From contig JBHGNT010000005.1 of the NCBI GenBank assembly GCA_043228905.1, forward strand, positions 18,786,001 to 18,850,000: a stretch of 64,000 bases of DNA. Direction: 5' to 3'. Under the pieces are notes generated by a model. The model did not search any database. It worked only from the letters and a program-made list of their open reading frames with translations, and was not told the origin of the DNA. This document shows positions 26,196-39,972 of this stretch, one piece after another (position 1 is the stretch's first letter; each line of letters begins with the position of its first letter). Made by a program: the position numbers and the translations under genes. Source of the DNA: Azolla caroliniana (Eukaryota; Plantae; Polypodiophyta).

Positions 26196-28031
26196 TTAAG
26201 CGTCTTCATCACTGCTTAGTCTTTTTGCCACTTTAGAAAACAAACTCCTCATAGATATGAGAAAAGCATCCTCCACATCCCTTAACTTCGAATTAGGCCT
26301 AGCATAAACCAACCCTGGCATTATTTCATAAATGATCCTAACCCTCATCTCTTGCCTTACAGACATTGCAATCTTTTGTAGTTCATGGATAACATTAACT
26401 TTCCCTTGTCGAATGTCAAAGGCAGGGATATAAACTGAATACGAGGTTGGGTCGGACGGAAGGTGCCATGGGTATTGATAATAAGCAGTGAAAGGGTCAA
26501 ACAAGACCGGGATACATCCAGCAATGAGAGAATCGAACAAAGACCTCCTCGTGACACTATGGTCTCCCGAAGGCTGGAGACAAAACTCGGAATGCAAGAG
26601 GAAATGCATGATAGAGGGGGGTTGGGTGCACGGGTCTGAATTATCAGCATCTTCCCCTCCACATGCCGAATAGATGCACACCCCTTTGGGCCCATCCAAA
26701 CATTGTCTTATCAAGAAGGGGTTGATATTCTCATCGTGGTATGGATGTACGGAAGTTTGTTGGAGTGCATTGAGACTTATAAGGCGTGTCCTCTCGGACC
26801 CATCCACAACCCCTTGCCAGTCCCTCACATCTCGATCGATCCGAGGGTGGAAAAACGTTGGGTACGGTACCCCCACGTCGTGTGGGTGCCACGGTTGGCG
26901 TTCGATCAAGAGTTTAGTGATCTCTTGCATCTCAGGCTGAAGCAAAAGATTATTGCCCCACCCATTACTATTAGCACCACCACTACTACTACTATTGTCA
27001 TTGTTGTTATTGTTGGGTCTTCTAAAATCCCATGAAGACTTACCCAACACGAGAACATGGTCTTTCCCTTTGTTTCTTCCCCATGTGGGTTGCTTTCGAA
27101 GCCAATTGATGAGCTCTAGCCCTAGCCGATCCCGTTGCTCGAGGCTGGCATTGCCGCCCGAGAAGACGTGCCATCGAAGCACATCAAGCCCTCCATAGTA
27201 AGGTATATAAAAGAGGTTGGCTTCCGCAGGATTATTGGAAAGGCATTGGAATCTCTTCAATCTCTCGTGAAAGAGTATCTCAAGGGAGAATTGATGGGTA
27301 TCAAACCATTGCCCTAAAGGCATCATTTCAGCAAATGGGTTCTTGAATTTCCCCATTTTCTTTGTTCGGGTCTTCTCCAAATGGGCACTCAATTTACCCT
27401 TTTCTTTCTGTGTCTGGTTATCCACATCCATCACTGATTTGCCCATCCCTGAATTGGAGAAGAAATCACACATACTAGTCCAAGGGATCAAGCTCTCACA
27501 CAGCCCAACAAGCTCTACATTGAACATAGCAGGAAGATCATATATATAGACCTTCCTTCCTTCACAAGAGGAGCTTATACCGCGAGAGAGGAGCGCGGCA
27601 TCATCTTCATTCGGGTGACCATCACCGTCGTAAACATCAGCACTTCGGCGAAGCTCTTCCATAAGCCTCTCCACATCTTGATGGGCCATGTGGGCCTTCT
27701 CATAAGAAGAAGAAGAAAGGACATTTTCTTGCAGAGATTGAGTGTGACTCTGGACCTGGAGAGATAAGTTATGCTGATGGGTGTTGGGTAAGGGATCATC
27801 GTCTTTGAGCCATGGCAGGGGGTGGGAGGTTAGATTAAGTGGGTTCTTATCACTGACAGCATCATCGTGTTGATGGCCATGATGATGGTGTTGGCCAGCA
27901 AGTATGGTGGTGGTGGTGGTGGTGGTGGAGCTCTGCAGGGTTCTTCTGTAGAGGAAGGGGAGGATGACACAGAGGGTCCAGAGGCAGAATACGAGAGCGA
28001 GGCACATGGAAGCCACATTCCTCATCGGCAT
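26196..28031 (-). CDS. XUT1: GT47/exostosin-family xyloglucan glycosyltransferase, XUT1 (galacturonosyltransferase)-like, intronless, 611 aa
   Basis: N-terminal signal anchor; CEGRKVYIYDLP, THQFSLE, FYIPYYGGLDVLRWH, KDHVLVLGKSSWDFRR, LLIERQPW, PYPTFFHP, SEFCLQP, FDSLIAGCIPVLFDPFTAYYQYPWHLP. Family call is strong; the XUT1 subclade call is from recalled motifs. Confidence 0.88.
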   Translation of the reverse strand: MPMRNVASMCLALVFCLWTLCVILPFLYRRTLQSSTTTTTTTILAGQHHHHGHQHDDAVSDKNPLNLTSHPLPWLKDDDPLPNTHQHNLSLQVQSHTQSLQENVLSSSSYEKAHMAHQDVERLMEELRRSADVYDGDGHPNEDDAALLSRGISSSCEGRKVYIYDLPAMFNVELVGLCESLIPWTSMCDFFSNSGMGKSVMDVDNQTQKEKGKLSAHLEKTRTKKMGKFKNPFAEMMPLGQWFDTHQFSLEILFHERLKRFQCLSNNPAEANLFYIPYYGGLDVLRWHVFSGGNASLEQRDRLGLELINWLRKQPTWGRNKGKDHVLVLGKSSWDFRRPNNNNNDNSSSSGGANSNGWGNNLLLQPEMQEITKLLIERQPWHPHDVGVPYPTFFHPRIDRDVRDWQGVVDGSERTRLISLNALQQTSVHPYHDENINPFLIRQCLDGPKGVCIYSACGGEDADNSDPCTQPPSIMHFLLHSEFCLQPSGDHSVTRRSLFDSLIAGCIPVLFDPFTAYYQYPWHLPSDPTSYSVYIPAFDIRQGKVNVIHELQKIAMSVRQEMRVRIIYEIMPGLVYARPNSKLRDVEDAFLISMRSLFSKVAKRLSSDEDA

Positions 28032-28096
28032 GGCTCCTCTCTATCTCTCTCATGAAAAATGACCTAAATAAGAATCAGTTATAAACCCACATCTTC

Positions 28097-28258
28097 ATAT
28101 ATATATATATATATACATATTGTATGTATATACATATATGTAATAATGTATAAGTACATGTATATGTATATGTGTATGTATGTATATGTATACAGTGTAT
28201 GTATATACATCTACATCTACATGTATATACATACATATAGATATACATATGTAGATGC
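28097..28258. repeat. Compound (TA)/(TATG)/(CATA) low-complexity tract upstream of the GT47 start
   Basis: Alternating purine-pyrimidine repeats read directly. Confidence 0.85.
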
Positions 28259-30126
28259 AAGTGCAAGCCCTCCATCACTACAAGTTCATTTTTCTTGATA
28301 AATGGATCCATCATGCATGCCATTCATAAAAACACTAGAGTGGGAACATCATGGTGGTGATTAGGCTCTCCCTCACCACACTCTCATCCACACACGCTAC
28401 AAGAAAAAACATTTGTGCCTCATATTCGGCATCCTAGGATGATAGTAACATCTTTTTGACCTCTCTCCAGATGTAGATATGTATAGATCTATATATCAAC
28501 CTTCTTGCACGATCTTTTCGCCTATTTTATATTTTACTCATGCATATACTTTACATGGTTGCTCTCTAGTTCTATTTCCTCATCATACCACTATTTTTTT
28601 TTGTCTTTATCATTGGAAATGCCCTTTAACGTTGACTAAAATGAAGCCATGAAAATCATCTCTTAATCATCGTACCTAATGAGGGGCTATGTAGACTCAA
28701 ATCATGTAATACTAGGATGTGCATTTTTGGAAATGAACAAATGTTAGTCATGGTATTGTTACAATTCATCTATGACAATACATTCAAATAAATAAACTAT
28801 ATTTGATTTAATGCTCTTTGTGATGTAGTTTCTCAATCATGGGTTTCCTTGATTAATAATCCTACCATTAACTATAGAGACAAGTTAACATTATATATAC
28901 CGATATTTAACTTGATCACCTAGCTAGTAATGGCCTAAGTTACAGAGTCTACTAATCCATCTTAGTGGTGGTAAGATAATATTGAGCTATCTCACACAAA
29001 CTTTTAATAGCCTTTTTTTTATCTAAGTAGCTTAATCTAGAAAATATTGATTAACAAGGAGATTTGTATTAACAAAATCAATAACAAACATACCGTTAAA
29101 ACTCTCTAAAACATCCACTATGCAAATGAACTGGATTAAAAGAATAATGTTCCCTCTTGCTTCTTTATTTCTTAATAGATTTAGATATTGCTTTACCATG
29201 AATTGACTTGAAATTAAAAGAACATGGCTACCATCTTCATATATGTTTTATGGTACATTCAGATCGTGCTTTTGTAGAAAACTTTTGTAGCATTAATATA
29301 CAATATCTTAACCAATATTGAAACTTTTATTGTAGCCTCAATTTGTTTGCTACATGTTATGCAAACAATAGATTATAGTTGAGAGTATTGAGACCAAGAT
29401 ACATAGAGACAACTGAGATGCTAACATGCAAGCATCCCTGTAGAATGACAAAATGATATATAGTAAAACAGTTTTAAGTAGTAATTTTGGCAAGTCGAAA
29501 GTAAAGTTTTACACATTGTTTAGACATTATTCATCTGTTAATCCTTTTCACTTCATCATTAGCATACACATTTTGCTACTCCCTGATTGAAGCCCCTGAG
29601 ACATACGAAACAGATATTGTGTTAAGAAACACAACTTTGAAACAATCGTAAATTATGCATATAACAATTGACTAAATGAATCATGATACATGTCTTTGAC
29701 AGAAATACATAATTATTTAATGGAAAATATTCATGTGTCCATCAAGAACAATTAGTTGTCTCAGGTTTCTGACCTACAATAATTATCTCCAATATCAATG
29801 AAATTAAATACGAGCACAAAGTGTATTCCATCACTGAGACACATGCAAAATATTCCAAACTGAAAATTGATGATATACGATTCACGAAGCTTTCAGTCAT
29901 CAATGTGATGTGACTTGCTGTTGACACCGAACAGGATACAGTATCATCTTTTTTACTCCAGCATAATGTAGTCTCCTCATTTTAAATGTAGCTTCGCTTA
30001 ACCTTCTACCAAGTGTAGAATATTCATGGTTGCAAATGATCATACACACTGATTTACTCAAGAATTGGTATATCAGCAGTGGCTCACTTTCTCATAGTTC
30101 AAGAATACAAAACAGTATAATTCTGA

Positions 30127-33100
30127 TTAAGGAGTAGGACCATTCGGATTATGAGTTTCGATATCAACATATCGAATACCAGGAACTAATCTTTGGATCT
30201 CTCTTTCCAGCCTATCAACTTCGCTGCCAAGAGCTAAAACAACTTCTTCTCCTGTAACATATTAAAAATAGCTGTCATATTCAAGTTCGTTTCCCTTCTA
30301 AACTAGAAGCATATTTACACACCCACACCATTTATTTACCATAATTTGACATTGCTCGATCCAATGCCAGCCCATCGTTACCATTGACAGCTTGCCGAAA
30401 CTGCTTAGAGACGATGAAAATAAGCAGAGCTCAAAAAATGTGCATGATATGAATGAAGAATTCAAGTTACTCGTATTTACCTCAGCAGCCCATGCATCGC
30501 GACCCACACTTTTGAGATAATTCTGTACAATAACTACACCATTGAAATCTGTATGAATTCAAAATGTTAGGGATACATCATATACATGTATACTGATGCT
30601 TTCACAATTTTTCAGTTCACTTTGATAAATGATCTATATATACACATTAGCTATTCCAGGCTAGCCAGAAGCATCCTCGAGGAACTGCCATCCTGAAATT
30701 ATAAACAAAGTTGCTGACATACGTTGTATTGCTGATGCTTACCAATTTCTGCTTTGAATCGGTATGAACGTGGTCCAATAACCTCACTTTTGCAGTCATA
30801 AACTGCATCCACTACCTAAAGCAGTACAAAAAGCGTTATCCAAATCGACACCAGTTTCATGTAGCTGTGCGAAATTGTATTCATTATGATTATGAAAATA
30901 CCGGATCAGAAGCAAGAAAATCAAGCACGAGCTTCATGTCTTGATTGTCCATTGCCCTTCCTAACAATGCATGACGATTACGCTGTATGAGAAAGACAGC
31001 AACCTGACACCAAATATACAATTAGTCCACACGAAAAATGACATTTCCTCTAAAACTAGAGTGATGGTGTTTAACAACAGTCAAGATGGGAAACAAGATC
31101 AAAACCGAAATTCTTTTTGGGAGATAATAAATGCAGCATACACAATCCTGCACATACCCAGGAGAAACATTCACAGGACATGGTTTTCCTCACTAGAGGC
31201 TGCCTGTGTTCGACTTTCTGGTGTATATGTAGCCCATGGTGCCCATGAGATGGATTTATCATCGGTTCTCTTATATGGATACACATCTCTCATTCACATC
31301 AGTTAGAGATGAGACAGGGACACACGAACAGATCCACCAATTGTGTGATTGCGGTGTGAAATTAGAGCAGCACTATGTTCTCCATTATACTGTTTTAAAA
31401 GAAACAAGGGATAGATATACCACACCTCTTCCCACAAGACTTTGGCCCAATTTATAATGTAATGGAATATGAAGACCAACAATGCATAATATTATTCTTG
31501 CTAAGAAATCAAAAGACAGTGAGAAGTTGTTGAACAGCTGCACAGCTACGAAACTACATCAGCAATGAACCCTCACCACCTCCTTTAGCAACATCATCCC
31601 TCCCCATGCTACAATCAATTAGGGGCTACACAAGTAGGGTCTTGACCAAAGCATTTGAAAGGAGTTACATTAGATTGATTGTTATCCGTATGAGATGTAC
31701 GGAGATTGATAAGTGTTATGTGTTACCCGTATGAGATGTACGGGGATGGATAAGGGTGAAAGTCTATAGTTTTGTTGTTGTGTATGTGCAAATGTACATG
31801 AGAGTGAAAGTGTGAGTATATGCGTAATTGTGTGTGCATGTGGGTAGATAGGAAAGGGTGTGAGAGAATTGTGTGTGTGAATGGATGGAGGGGTATGCAA
31901 CCCTATGTATCTAACCCTCATTGTACTATTTAACCCCCTTACGGGGTATGCATAATAATAAGAAAAAGCTTCCTCTCTCATTTCTGTCTCTCTCTTCTCT
32001 CTCTCTCCCTCATGTTAACCCCCTTGAGTGGGGGGTGGAGCCATTCTAGGCGCCACTCCCCACCCCATCAACACTCATCAACACCCCATTATCATGTGGC
32101 GACAGCCATTCTCATAACACCATTAACATTGATCAATAGCTATTTGTCACATAGGCCATGTCTAGTGGACCACAGCCTTACTACCCTCATTATCAACAAC
32201 TCAAGGCCATATTCACCTGACATTGAAGGGTCTTGAATGATGCATTTGAAAGGGGTTAAATAAAATTGATGATCATGCATGTCGGCCACATCCATCTGAA
32301 CCAATGCCTCTTCACCCTCATTATCAACAAATCACAGACATTTTCATCCAGAGACCTCTCCATCTTTGATTGGCCTATGTTGAAGATCTTTGAAGAAGTT
32401 TCAGTCCATCTAAGCTCCCAACATTATGCGTTTGGTTAAAGTAAATACATGGTACCTGATGCAGTCTTATCAATTTATGTTTAATTTGTAGTGTTGTTTT
32501 TAATTTATGTTTCACAATGAGATCATATTTTTTTATTTCTCATGTAATCTCTCATTTGGCCTTATGCGCCCCTTCTGGCCTCTTAAGAAACATTGATATT
32601 TCTTTCTTTCTAGCTTTACTCACAAACAGCAAACAATTCCACAATTGTAATCCATTCAGCTTTACACACTACAATTCAAAAGCTACATTACCAACATGTA
32701 AACCTTTGTGTATCTCTTTCAAACATCATCCTTCCTCAACAGTCAAAGTTCAATGATTCTACATTTAACTTTATGCACACAAATTTCAATGCTGGTTAAG
32801 TATTGGGAAATGTCATCTTACCATTCCAAGCAAGTTCCCCACAAAAATTGAGCCAATGGGATCATAAATAGGATTTCCTGTTATAGACACTGCTATAAGA
32901 GACATTGATGCAATCACCAGGCCAGCAACAGCTGCTCCATCCTTCACATGAATAAAGTTACACCTTAAACTATTGCCTAATATTGTAATGCCATTTGCTC
33001 CTTCACAAAGCCTTCAAAGTCTTCCTAATACCTCCATCATAACAGCAACAGCAGTTGGATCATGGCCTCGCCAGCAGTAATCCCACAGACTCATACCTTC

Positions 33101-36100
33101 AGCGGATGCACCATTTTTCACAGCCTTTATTGCGACCAATAGAGAAACACCTAGCAGCGAATAAATAAAATGGAGTCAAAATTCAATAGTTTTTCTTTAT
33201 CGTGAAGCAAACAATATCGTGAACTTTCTTCCACAGGATAGGTAAAATTTCTTTCTCACTTATCAGAAAAGTAAATGCTATAATTATCCGGTTTTTTCAC
33301 TGGTGATTTGTGCCATTCCATACCTCATATGGAGTAAGGCAATAAGTGCTTTTGTTGGGCCTTTATCAAAGACATAGTCTGTACCCATGAAAGCTTTTAA
33401 CGAAAACTTCTGAGGTAGTTTCTTACCATTGATCTTGCATCATGCATCTCTATGAGAGACCTATTATTCCCCTCAACCTAATCATTTTGTAGTGGTATGT
33501 ATGGAGTGGTACATGGATGGATGATACTTCTGACCTTCAAAAAAGCATTGAACTCTTTTGACATGTACTCCCTCAAACCATCCATGTGGAGAGTAATGAG
33601 TTTATGAGTTTATGGAACGGGAATTCTTTGAAACCTTGAAAGACAGGAGACTTCTCCTTCAGAGGATAGACCCAAGTTTGTCTGATTGCATCATCGATGA
33701 ATATACGAAAATGAGTCTCCAATAGATGGTCTCTTCATGGAACTGGATACAGTTGAAATTTTCTTGTTTCTAAAACATTTGCATTCTAAGGATGCTACAC
33801 AAGGCCACTGAAATTTAAGTGGCCAAACCAGACATGCCAAAGCTCAGTCTTCCTGAGTACTCGAGTAACCACCACCAATGCACTTTGGCCATCAAATTTC
33901 CGATATATGTCAAGCCTGTAAAGCTTTCTGACCAAGCTAACTGAAATAACAATGGTATCGCTATTTCTATGATCATGGACTGTGAATTTGTCATAGAAAG
34001 AAAGAAAGAAAAAAATACTAAAGTCTTTAAAGAGGCCAAAATGGTCTAGGAGTCTGAACAAGAGATTATATCTTAAAAGGTTTTCTCGATCTTTGAGAAC
34101 AAAAGAGATAGATATTGGGTACTAATGCATCTAGTTATCACAAAAGAATCATAAGTATAGAAAAATATTGAGAAAAAGTACAGGATAACCAAGCATAGAA
34201 ACAGTGGGAATAGAAAGAAGATTTTTCTGTATACCCCAGACATAGAGAACATTGCACGAGGAGACAAGATACTCCCATTGGCTGCTGTGCTATGAACTTG
34301 ACCAATGCTTCAAATGATATAAGAAACATTATTGGCACAAGTAACAATCACACCCTTTAGGAGGATCTTCAAAACTAGAAAAGAAATTCTTACAAGAGGT
34401 TATGTGCAATTTCTTCAAACTTTCCCTCTTTTAACCTTGATCCTAGTATGAAGTGATATTCTAGGTGCAAGTACCCCTAGACCCACCATATTCATAGCTG
34501 ATGGAACTTATATAGACATATTGTAATCTTGTAAATTTATACGCATCATTTGTTAGTTGGTTTCTTACTCTCACTCCCAGATGTAGTTATGATTTTGAGC
34601 AATTCTTCATAAACATACTTGTTGATCATATATCAATAATGACTTTTGTAAGTGTGAGACAACTATCACAATAGAACTACATAGCTTTCAAAAGGATTCA
34701 CCAATTGAGTGCACCAATACAGAAACCTGTGCAACATGTGATGTTTCTATTAGGTAGAAGAGCATCAATTCTGTGTTCATAAACGAAGCAAACAGAACAA
34801 GTACAGAACCACCCTATTATTACGGTCACATAGCCTTGTTTGCAATTCTAAGATAAGAGGCAGAGAAAAAATGAAGCACTAAAAAAGGAATGGGAGCAAA
34901 TACTGTAAACATACACCATAGACGCAAACACAAAAACATTTATACCAGAGAAATAGGGGACAGAGAGGATAAACACAATGGAATGCCTAAAACAGAGGAA
35001 AATATAACTCTTAACGTCAAAAGAATGTGTCAGGAGGCCGTGATCTACCACTACAATTCACATGTGACATGTAGAAATTGAAAGGAATGCAATATATATG
35101 ATCCATACCTTCAATAATCATAGATCCAGCAAGCACCATTGCAGCAATAGAAATGTTCTCTGGAAGCTGTCAAATTAATAGTAAAATCAGGATTAGAAAT
35201 TGATTCCTTTACAAAATATATCAGCAGAGAATAAGGGTTGAACCTCTGCTATCCACAAATTCGAAAATCCATCAACAATTGTGGCTCCAGATCCCAAACA
35301 AAAAATTCCAACAGCAGAAATAAGGGACCAGACAAACCTCTCCTTCGAATATCCATACCTGAAAGACATGAACAAACTAGTCATTGAATTACTTTATCCA
35401 TCCAGGTAATATCCTTCTCATGCATACCTATGTCAACATTATTCAAACGGTGTGAGTAAAAAGCAGAAATATGAACATTATAATTCACTCCTTCTACAGT
35501 TGAGAGCAGGCTGGTTACACACGGATGCAGTTCATCTGGTGCTCGCCTTGAACTTACAAGGCCATATGCCAATAATGCCTGTACAGTAAGATGATGTTAA
35601 AGGAAACGTGCTTTTAAAACACCATGATGAAATTCCAAGTTATATCGTTGCCATGATACTTTGCATATATTATTGCCTATCTCATGAATACATTTACTTG
35701 CAGTTCCTACTCCTTACCTGATTAGCTATATCAGCAAGAGAATGAACCGTTTCAGCCAGCATTACATGACTTCCAGTGACTGCCCAAACACCGCACTTAA
35801 GGCAGAAAACTAAAAAATTGCACCATAAAGCAATCGTGACTGCTCTTTGACTGTGGCACACACAAAAACAGCATAAGCTTGATTAATTGGAAAAGAAATT
35901 TACATCAAGCATAATGCAACCACATGCTTGATTTATGATGCACATCTAAAACTTCAAATTGTGGACACATGCAATTTATAGCCCAGACATAGGACTGATT
36001 AGCTTGTTTGGGCAAATTCCAATATCTGCGCAACCAGAGGTGGACCCACACCCCCAGGCCACGAGAGCAAGCAAGAATCCCTACTAGAGGGAGGCCGCCT

Positions 36101-37090
36101 CTTTATATATCAAATTCATGGTTATGTCCGTGACATAATTGTCCAGACTATATGCCTATTCGTCTATGTTAGCCCTAATTTGACAACTCGTGCATAATTC
36201 CAAGTTAATGCCCAGTTCTTTTCCTTGCCTGGCTCATGTACTCCTACAAAGTTGTATTAATGTAATATTAAAACTTTATAAACCAGAAAAGTCATAGATT
36301 TGCAATGACGAGTGTGAAATAGAGTGAATCCATGGAAGAGAATAAGTATATTAACACATTTAATTAATTGAGTAAGTAGATGACAAAAGTATATAACTAG
36401 ACAAATATGAATGTGAATCTGCATAGAAATCTACCTAAATCAGTATAGGTTTCCTCAACCACTTCATTTGATCTTCCCACTTTCAATTCAGTATATCTAT
36501 TGAGCATTCACAATGAATATTAATAGTATAGATTGAGCTTTGTACCTGTGATCTTGAATTTCTGGGTCAACAAGCTTTTTACTGCCATTATTTGCAGCAT
36601 CCGAGCTGTACACTGTTAGATGGTGGATCCAGAAAATAGCAAGAGTAAGCATCCTCATGCAAAAGCGAAAAACAAGCATGAGAAAACATATAATACAGCA
36701 AGGAACCACTCAAATGTACAAGTGAGTACTATCCAAGTATAGACAGGGAGAAAGACCACCAGAATTAGGAGAATAGTTATAGAATCTTGTCCTTTCAAAG
36801 ATTGGATCCTTAGATAAAACCACATTATAAGTTACAAATGAAAATGAAATTCGATGACAATGAATTCTCATGAAAAACAGCACCATAAAATTCTCTATTT
36901 GAAGGGCATCTTGACATTGTGGCTGTTGAAGCAGCTGTCATAACAGAAAGAAAGAAATATAAAGTTTTTTTACTGAGGCTGAAATCATCCTATGAGACAA
37001 ATCATTATTACAAATATGGGTTAGTTCAGGTTACAATTACAAATATGGGTAGCCTCAAGTTATCCTTTATAAACATGGGCAGCATCTTCA

Positions 37091-37135
<45 letters not shown>

Positions 37136-39349
37136 TATATTAACATCTTTTAAGAGACCAAAACGGCCTATAAGACCAAACAAGAGATTACATCTAAGTG
37201 TTGTCTCATCTTTGAGAACAACAAATCAAAATAAAATAAATATTACTAAGTAAATTAGATAAAAAGAGACGAAAGATAATCACATTTATGTGTCGATGAC
37301 AAGGCTGGTAAGGTCTTGGTCCATGTGGCCAGGGCCTACATGCACGATAAATTGCTATTGCCTATAAATTGTTATTGCCTGACCTATTGTAACCCCTTTG
37401 TTATATGTCCTGGTCAAGAGCCCATTTGTGCCGCCCTTGATTGACTTGTCGCATTAACAGTGATGGGGCTACAGAAAGTTGTGATTGTTCTTTGTGGATG
37501 AGCTTTTTGTGACTATATTGTTGTCCTTAAACAACTTTTCCTATGTCTCTTGAGTTCTAGCAAGAAAAGTCCTAGGCACCGTTGGGCCTCTTGCGTAGTG
37601 GGTCAAAGACTTGTTTAAAAAGGCAATGGTATCTCCCTCTTAATTCATAAAAAACACTACAATGACAAACATGGCGTTCTTCAAATTCCACTCTTTGATG
37701 ACACAATTGGCAAATTCTTTCTTCTAGAGGTATTCGTGCATATCTGCCTACCTCAATAAGAGCGAGTGAAAGAGAGAGAGAGAGAGAGAATGGAATTAAG
37801 AGATACTTTTAACATCTATTAAAGGCCAAAATTGTCTTACGAGACAAATCAGATGTACAAAGATGTGCGCACATCCTCTATAGGGAAATTTTACCTCAGA
37901 GTGACCTATGAGACCAAAGTGAAACATTTTTGCATAGTTTGTATAGAGTTTATAAGAGACTCTCAAATGTTCATGAAGTTTACTAATGAAAGCACATTGT
38001 GACTGAGAGAAATGTGGATAGGGATTGGTCAAGGTTGACAATGTGCGGAAAGCAAACGTGAAGGCGGGATAGAGTGTTATAATAGAGTGTTTCTCAAAAT
38101 CGCAAATTTGTTCGAGGCAAAACATTCAAGAGAATATGAGCTAAGCAAAATGGAAGCAATGGTACGTATTGTGGGCAAGGGGATGGGGATGGGCTCCAGC
38201 ATGCATTACTGAGTGAGGTTTATCCATTCAGTGAAGTTGTTTCTGTAATTTATTGCAACATAAGTATTATATTGAGTGCAGTATAAGCCTCCACATCTTT
38301 CCTATACCATGATACATTAGGTATTGCAAAAAGAAAACATTTTTTACTGAGGAATTAACTAGGCATCAAGAAGCAAAGGTAATGCACCCCACATTGCACC
38401 CCACATTGCAAACCATTTCATCAATAATACAGTAATGGCAACAAATGAGAAAGATGTAAGGTCAAAACACACATAAAAAAGTGTAAGTCTGCATTGGTAG
38501 CATATGAGAAAGATGGTATGTAGTATAAATGTTCAAAGATTAAGATCAACAATGCACATAATATGCATTTGTAGCGTATGAAATAATGATACACAATCAT
38601 AATGAAAGCCATAAACTGTGTAAAAACTTATAAGAACACAGCATTGTATTTCATACAGAATGAAGTAATGAAACAATGAAACAATTGAAAATTGAAAATT
38701 TATATTACATTTACTATAGAAATAAGAATAATGCAATGATAGCCAAATCAAAGAAAATTTGCTTACATCTTGAGAAGGATAACCTTGTACTGAAATCCCG
38801 GATGACATTCGAAGGCCTGAAATTCTGAGACCTGTGCCAGCCTCCATCTCTCCTTGATCTGTAATGTTCCATACTTTTTTCAAGGGCTATATCTTGGCTG
38901 ACTTGCGAGATGCTTTTACAATCTAAAATTTGTTTACGACCACCCTGCCAGATGCTGTCATAGCTCATTTCCCAAATGGCAGGCAATGTGCTTTTCTCTC
39001 CATGACGAGAAATCTCTTGAAAATATTTCTTAACAAGAATGCAAGCTGAAACTGGTAACAATTTCAACAACCTCTCTTTCTTGCCATGATTATAAATCTC
39101 TGAAAGATTTCTTTGACCAAGAAACCAATCCAAAAGTGATAATCTTCTCTGAAATTTGGACAATGAGCCTTTTTCTCCACAATGAGAAACATGCGGAAGA
39201 TATCCATGGTCAGCAGTAAATGGGATCCTATTTTGGAAAACTCTCTGGCCTGCTTTGAAACCAGCATCCCCACTCAAAGAGGAACCCTTCTTTGCATTTG
39301 CCTTTGCATTCGAGAAGGCTCGCCTGATATCATTTTTAGCTATCCGCAT
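30127..39349 (-). CDS. MTPC4: Metal tolerance protein C4 (MTP7, CDF family, ZnT9/SLC30A9-like)
   Basis: Exons 39349-38767, (possible 36935-36884), 36612-36546, 35850-35718, 35578-35523, 35358-35244, 35166-35109, 33150-33032, 32941-32822, 31003-30902, 30815-30743, 30548-30481, 30400-30340, 30251-30127. They give HSQRAVTIALWCNFLVF, HSLADIANQ, HPYGYSKERFVWSLISAVGIFCLGSG, DPTAVAVMMEDGAAVAG and ALGSEVDRLE...VDIETHNP. N-terminal exons are less certain. Confidence 0.93.
31230..31679 (+). mobile_element. LINE 3' fragment in an MTPC4 intron
   Basis: SHQLEMRQG...QLCDCGVKLEQHYVL resembles the LINE C-terminal Cys motif; 31606-31675 resembles the reverse complement of 37381-37455. Confidence 0.55.
33300..34000 (-). 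mobile_element. Degraded Copia integrase fragment in an MTPC4 intron
   Basis: ELWHVWFGHLNFSGL (GAG-pre-integrase) and IFIDDAIRQTWVYPL (integrase core start). Confidence 0.7.
37094..38330 (-). mobile_element. Stacked LINE 3'-end fragments with (CT)n tails in the first MTPC4 intron
   Basis: LIEVGRYARIPLEERICQLCHQRVEFEERHVCHC on the - strand at about 37650-37760; (GA)n tracts at 37094-37130 and 37767-37790; GTGACCTATGAGACCAAA shared with 4196-4213; 37140-37225 resembles 34015-34100. Confidence 0.7.
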
Positions 39350-39881
39350 TATATAATCTCTTGAGAGTGAGAGAGGAGAGTCTAAGTCTCTACACAACAG
39401 GGAGAAAAACGAACGAGAGAGAGAGAGTAGGAAAAGCCTCTCCCTGAGAGGTATAAAATCTCAATACGGAGAGAGAAATCTTCTCTGCCAGAGACATGAA
39501 AACGTCAAGAGGGAGGACTCATCTTCTTCTCTCTGTCTCTACAAGAGAGATCTCAATCTTGAGGTTAAGACTCTCTCTCTCTCTCTCTACAAGATCAAAC
39601 AAAAAAAAAAGATCTAGCATTAGCAGGAAATCAGGTGCTGAATTCTGGCTTAGATAGGGGAAAGGGGGGGGGGGGAGGAGAAAAAACTGTACCTTGAGTG
39701 CTCTGCGGACCAGGAGGAAACCTGTTGGCTGCAATGAGTATGAAGAAGAGAGAACATCACTTACACGACGATGGCGACTGATTGGAAGCTTGGGAGCTTC
39801 TCCATAGCCAGGAGGCATGCAGAAGCCGGAAGCTACAGATCAAAACCTTGGGCTACACCAGAATTCCTGTGTATAAGCATG

Positions 39882-39972
39882 GTATGTATTGTATGTATTG
39901 TAATTTGTATGTATTGTATGTATGTATGTATGTATGTATGTATGTATGTATTGTATGTATGTATGTATGTAT
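39882..39972. repeat. (TATG)n microsatellite with TATTG variants between the MTPC4 upstream region and the first MULE
   Basis: Read directly. Confidence 0.95.

Noticed and set aside
26357-28055. Short overlapping ORFs within the GT47 gene
   Set aside because: Alternative-frame and antisense shadows of the 611-aa CDS.
31680-32240. Possible solo LTR in an MTPC4 intron
   Set aside because: It starts with TG and looks LTR-like, but I could not define a CA end or TSD.
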